64,000 bases of DNA. It comes from Desulfovibrionaceae bacterium (lineage in GTDB: Bacteria; Desulfobacterota; Desulfovibrionia; Desulfovibrionales; Desulfovibrionaceae). Both the position numbers and the translations under genes were made by a program. Within the stretch, counting starts at the first letter, position 1, and each line of letters opens with the position of its first letter. Where the stretch lies: NCBI GenBank assembly GCA_031550525.1, contig JAVBON010000026.1:16704-80703 (forward strand), in the 5' to 3' direction. This document shows, piece after piece, positions 62,403 through 64,000 of the stretch. The notes under the pieces were generated by a model. The model was not told the origin of the DNA. It ran no database searches and worked only from the letters and a program-made list of their open reading frames with translations.

Positions 62403-63764
62403 ATGTCCAACCAAAACAAACCCCTCTCCAAAGAAGAACGCCAGTACAAGGTTGTGGGCCAGCCCGTGCCCAGCCGCCTAGGCCTGGGCAACGTTACCGG
62501 CGGAACAGTCTTTTTCCACGATAACGTCATACCCGGCAAGGCTTACCTCAAGTGCGCCCGCAGCCCCATATCCCACGGCAATATCATAAGCATAGACACC
62601 AGCGCGGCGGAGAAAATGCCCGGCGTGCTGGCCGTGCTCACCCACAAAGACGTGCCCAAAAACTACTACGCCACCCTCTGCCTTATAGGCGTGGAGCCGG
62701 ACGACGAGCCCGTGCTGGCCGATAAAAAGGTGCTGTACGAAGGCGAGCCCATAGTAGCCATTATTGCGGAAACTGAAATGCAGGCCATGGCCGCCGCCGC
62801 AAAAGTTAAAGTGGAACTTGAAGAACTGGAACCGCTGCTGGACGTGGAAGAAGCCATGAAGCCAGGCGCGCCCATTATCAAGCCATGGGGCACCGCCACC
62901 AACTACTTTGTGTACGAAGGCCACCACTGCCGCCGCGTGGTGCACGGCGACGTTGATAAAGCCCTGGCCGAAGCTGACTACATTGTGGAAGGCAAGTACG
63001 AAATGAGCCCCATAGAGCACGCCCCCTCCGAAACCACAGGGTGCGTGGCCGTGCCTCAGCCAGACGGGCGCATAACCGTATACACCAACACCCAGGCCAT
63101 TTACTTCACCCTCGACAACACCGCGCTCATACTGCAAGTGCCCTTTAACAAGCTGCACTTCATAGGCGGTACCGTGGGCGGCGGCTTTGGCGGCAAGTGC
63201 GACGTAATAGTCGAGCCTCTGGCCTGCCTTGGCGCAATGAGAACAGGCCGTCCCGTTGAATACAAGTTCAGCCGCGAGGAAGAAATGCGCGTATCCAACC
63301 CGCGCTCGGCCTGGCGCATCTACTACAAAGACGGCGTTATGAAAGACGGCCGCATAGTAGCGCGCAAAGTCACATCCTACGCCGATTCCGGCGCTTATGT
63401 GCGCCACACCACCTATGCGGTGACCAAACAGGCGGCCAGCGCCTGCGGCCCTTACTTTGTGCCCAATTTCCGCTACGAAGGGCACTGCGTATACACCAAC
63501 CACATGCCCAGCAGCCCCTTCCGCGGGTTCGGGGTAACGCCGGTTTCCTACGCCATCGAATGCCAGATGGACAAAATAGCCCGCACTCTGGGCATGGACC
63601 CGTGGGAAATACGCTTTATCAACGCCTACCACGACGGCGACGAAAAGCCGCATAAAAAGAAAACGGAAGACGCGGCCCTCATTGAAGTAATGCAGGCCGC
63701 CGCGAAAATGACCGGCCACGAGTTGCCGGAAAAATTCAAAAAAATGTCTTCATCGGCCAGGTAG
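62403..63764 (+). CDS. Molybdopterin-binding large subunit, N-terminal half (split gene)
   Basis: The a/b-hammerhead region contains GKAYLKCARSPISHGNI..IDTS.A..MPGV and GGGFGGK. Confidence 0.85.
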   Translation: MSNQNKPLSKEERQYKVVGQPVPSRLGLGNVTGGTVFFHDNVIPGKAYLKCARSPISHGNIISIDTSAAEKMPGVLAVLTHKDVPKNYYATLCLIGVEPDDEPVLADKKVLYEGEPIVAIIAETEMQAMAAAAKVKVELEELEPLLDVEEAMKPGAPIIKPWGTATNYFVYEGHHCRRVVHGDVDKALAEADYIVEGKYEMSPIEHAPSETTGCVAVPQPDGRITVYTNTQAIYFTLDNTALILQVPFNKLHFIGGTVGGGFGGKCDVIVEPLACLGAMRTGRPVEYKFSREEEMRVSNPRSAWRIYYKDGVMKDGRIVARKVTSYADSGAYVRHTTYAVTKQAASACGPYFVPNFRYEGHCVYTNHMPSSPFRGFGVTPVSYAIECQMDKIARTLGMDPWEIRFINAYHDGDEKPHKKKTEDAALIEVMQAAAKMTGHELPEKFKKMSSSAR

Positions 63765-63773
63765 GAGGATATA

Positions 63774-64000
63774 ATGGCGATTTTGAAAGGAAAAGGAATA
63801 GCCGCCGTTAACTATCCGGCCGGCATGAACCTGGGCGGCGACCCCACCCAGGCCCTGTTGCATATGTCCACCACCGGCTCGTTTTTCGTCAACCTGTCCA
63901 GCACAGATCTGGGGCAGGGCCTTAAAACCGTTATAGCGCAGCTGGTGGCCGAAACTCTGGAAGTACCCTTTGAAAACGTGCGCGTGAACACCGCCAACAC
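63774..64000 (+). CDS. Molybdopterin-binding large subunit, C-terminal half (partial; runs off the right edge)
   Basis: Absent from the ORF track. The ATG at 63774 has GGAGGA upstream. The sequence reads MAILKGKGIAAVNYPAGMNLGGDPTQALLHMSTTGSFFVNLSSTDLGQGLKTVIAQLVAE. Confidence 0.75.
   Translation, partial: MAILKGKGIAAVNYPAGMNLGGDPTQALLHMSTTGSFFVNLSSTDLGQGLKTVIAQLVAETLEVPFENVRVNTAN

Noticed and set aside
62478-63719. 413-aa reverse-strand ORF
   Set aside because: It is antisense to the molybdopterin-binding subunit gene, which has clear family motifs (GGGFGGK and others). It is a shadow ORF.
1-64000. Search for tRNA, rRNA, tmRNA, prophage, integrase, transposase and toxin-antitoxin genes, and for known defence-system hallmarks
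   Set aside because: I saw no T-loop/acceptor-type sequences and no rRNA-like segments. No ORF showed integrase, transposase or nuclease/defence signatures. The only mobile-looking sequences are non-autonomous repeats.

Overview
The window looks like a chromosomal segment from a sulfate-reducer-like deltaproteobacterium (Desulfovibrionaceae-like). That assignment is an inference from gene content: a periplasmic Tat/selenocysteine FdhAB, NtrC-type regulation and several sigma54 promoters. I can support about 55 protein genes. The housekeeping or ordinary ones are mazG, two CvpA-like genes, a CinA/PncC-like gene, ribF, corA, a TctC-like gene, a stand-alone IMP cyclohydrolase domain, a heptosyltransferase, fdhA(Sec)-fdhB-fdhE, gcvPA/PB, an M20 peptidase, and a GntR + CoxG + xanthine-dehydrogenase-family cluster. 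The most unusual region is a roughly 20.5 kb accessory locus at 27.6-48.2 kb. It starts with a translationally coupled ACP / VOC / KASIII / KASIII / ACP / ketoreductase / FkbH cassette. A NeuD/PglD-type acyltransferase, a radical SAM enzyme, three to four glycosyltransferases, a DegT aminotransferase, a cupin and five SAM-methyltransferase domains follow. Two of its transcription units are preceded by sigma54 (-24/-12) promoter matches, and two same-orientation copies of a 149-bp TIR element bracket its distal 15 kb. Other points worth a second look are listed here.
- A sigma54 promoter with an upstream TGCAC-repeat array drives only about 200 nt of non-coding sequence ending in an intrinsic terminator, a candidate sRNA.
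- A secreted solute-binding protein is fused to a cytidine-deaminase fold that has lost all catalytic and zinc residues.
- A PAS sensor sits next to an NtrC-type regulator, and its kinase-like C-terminus contains no histidine.
- A modular family of hairpin-rich intergenic repeats is scattered through the window.

I found no rRNA, tRNA or CRISPR array. All coordinates and identities were read by eye. No database search was run.
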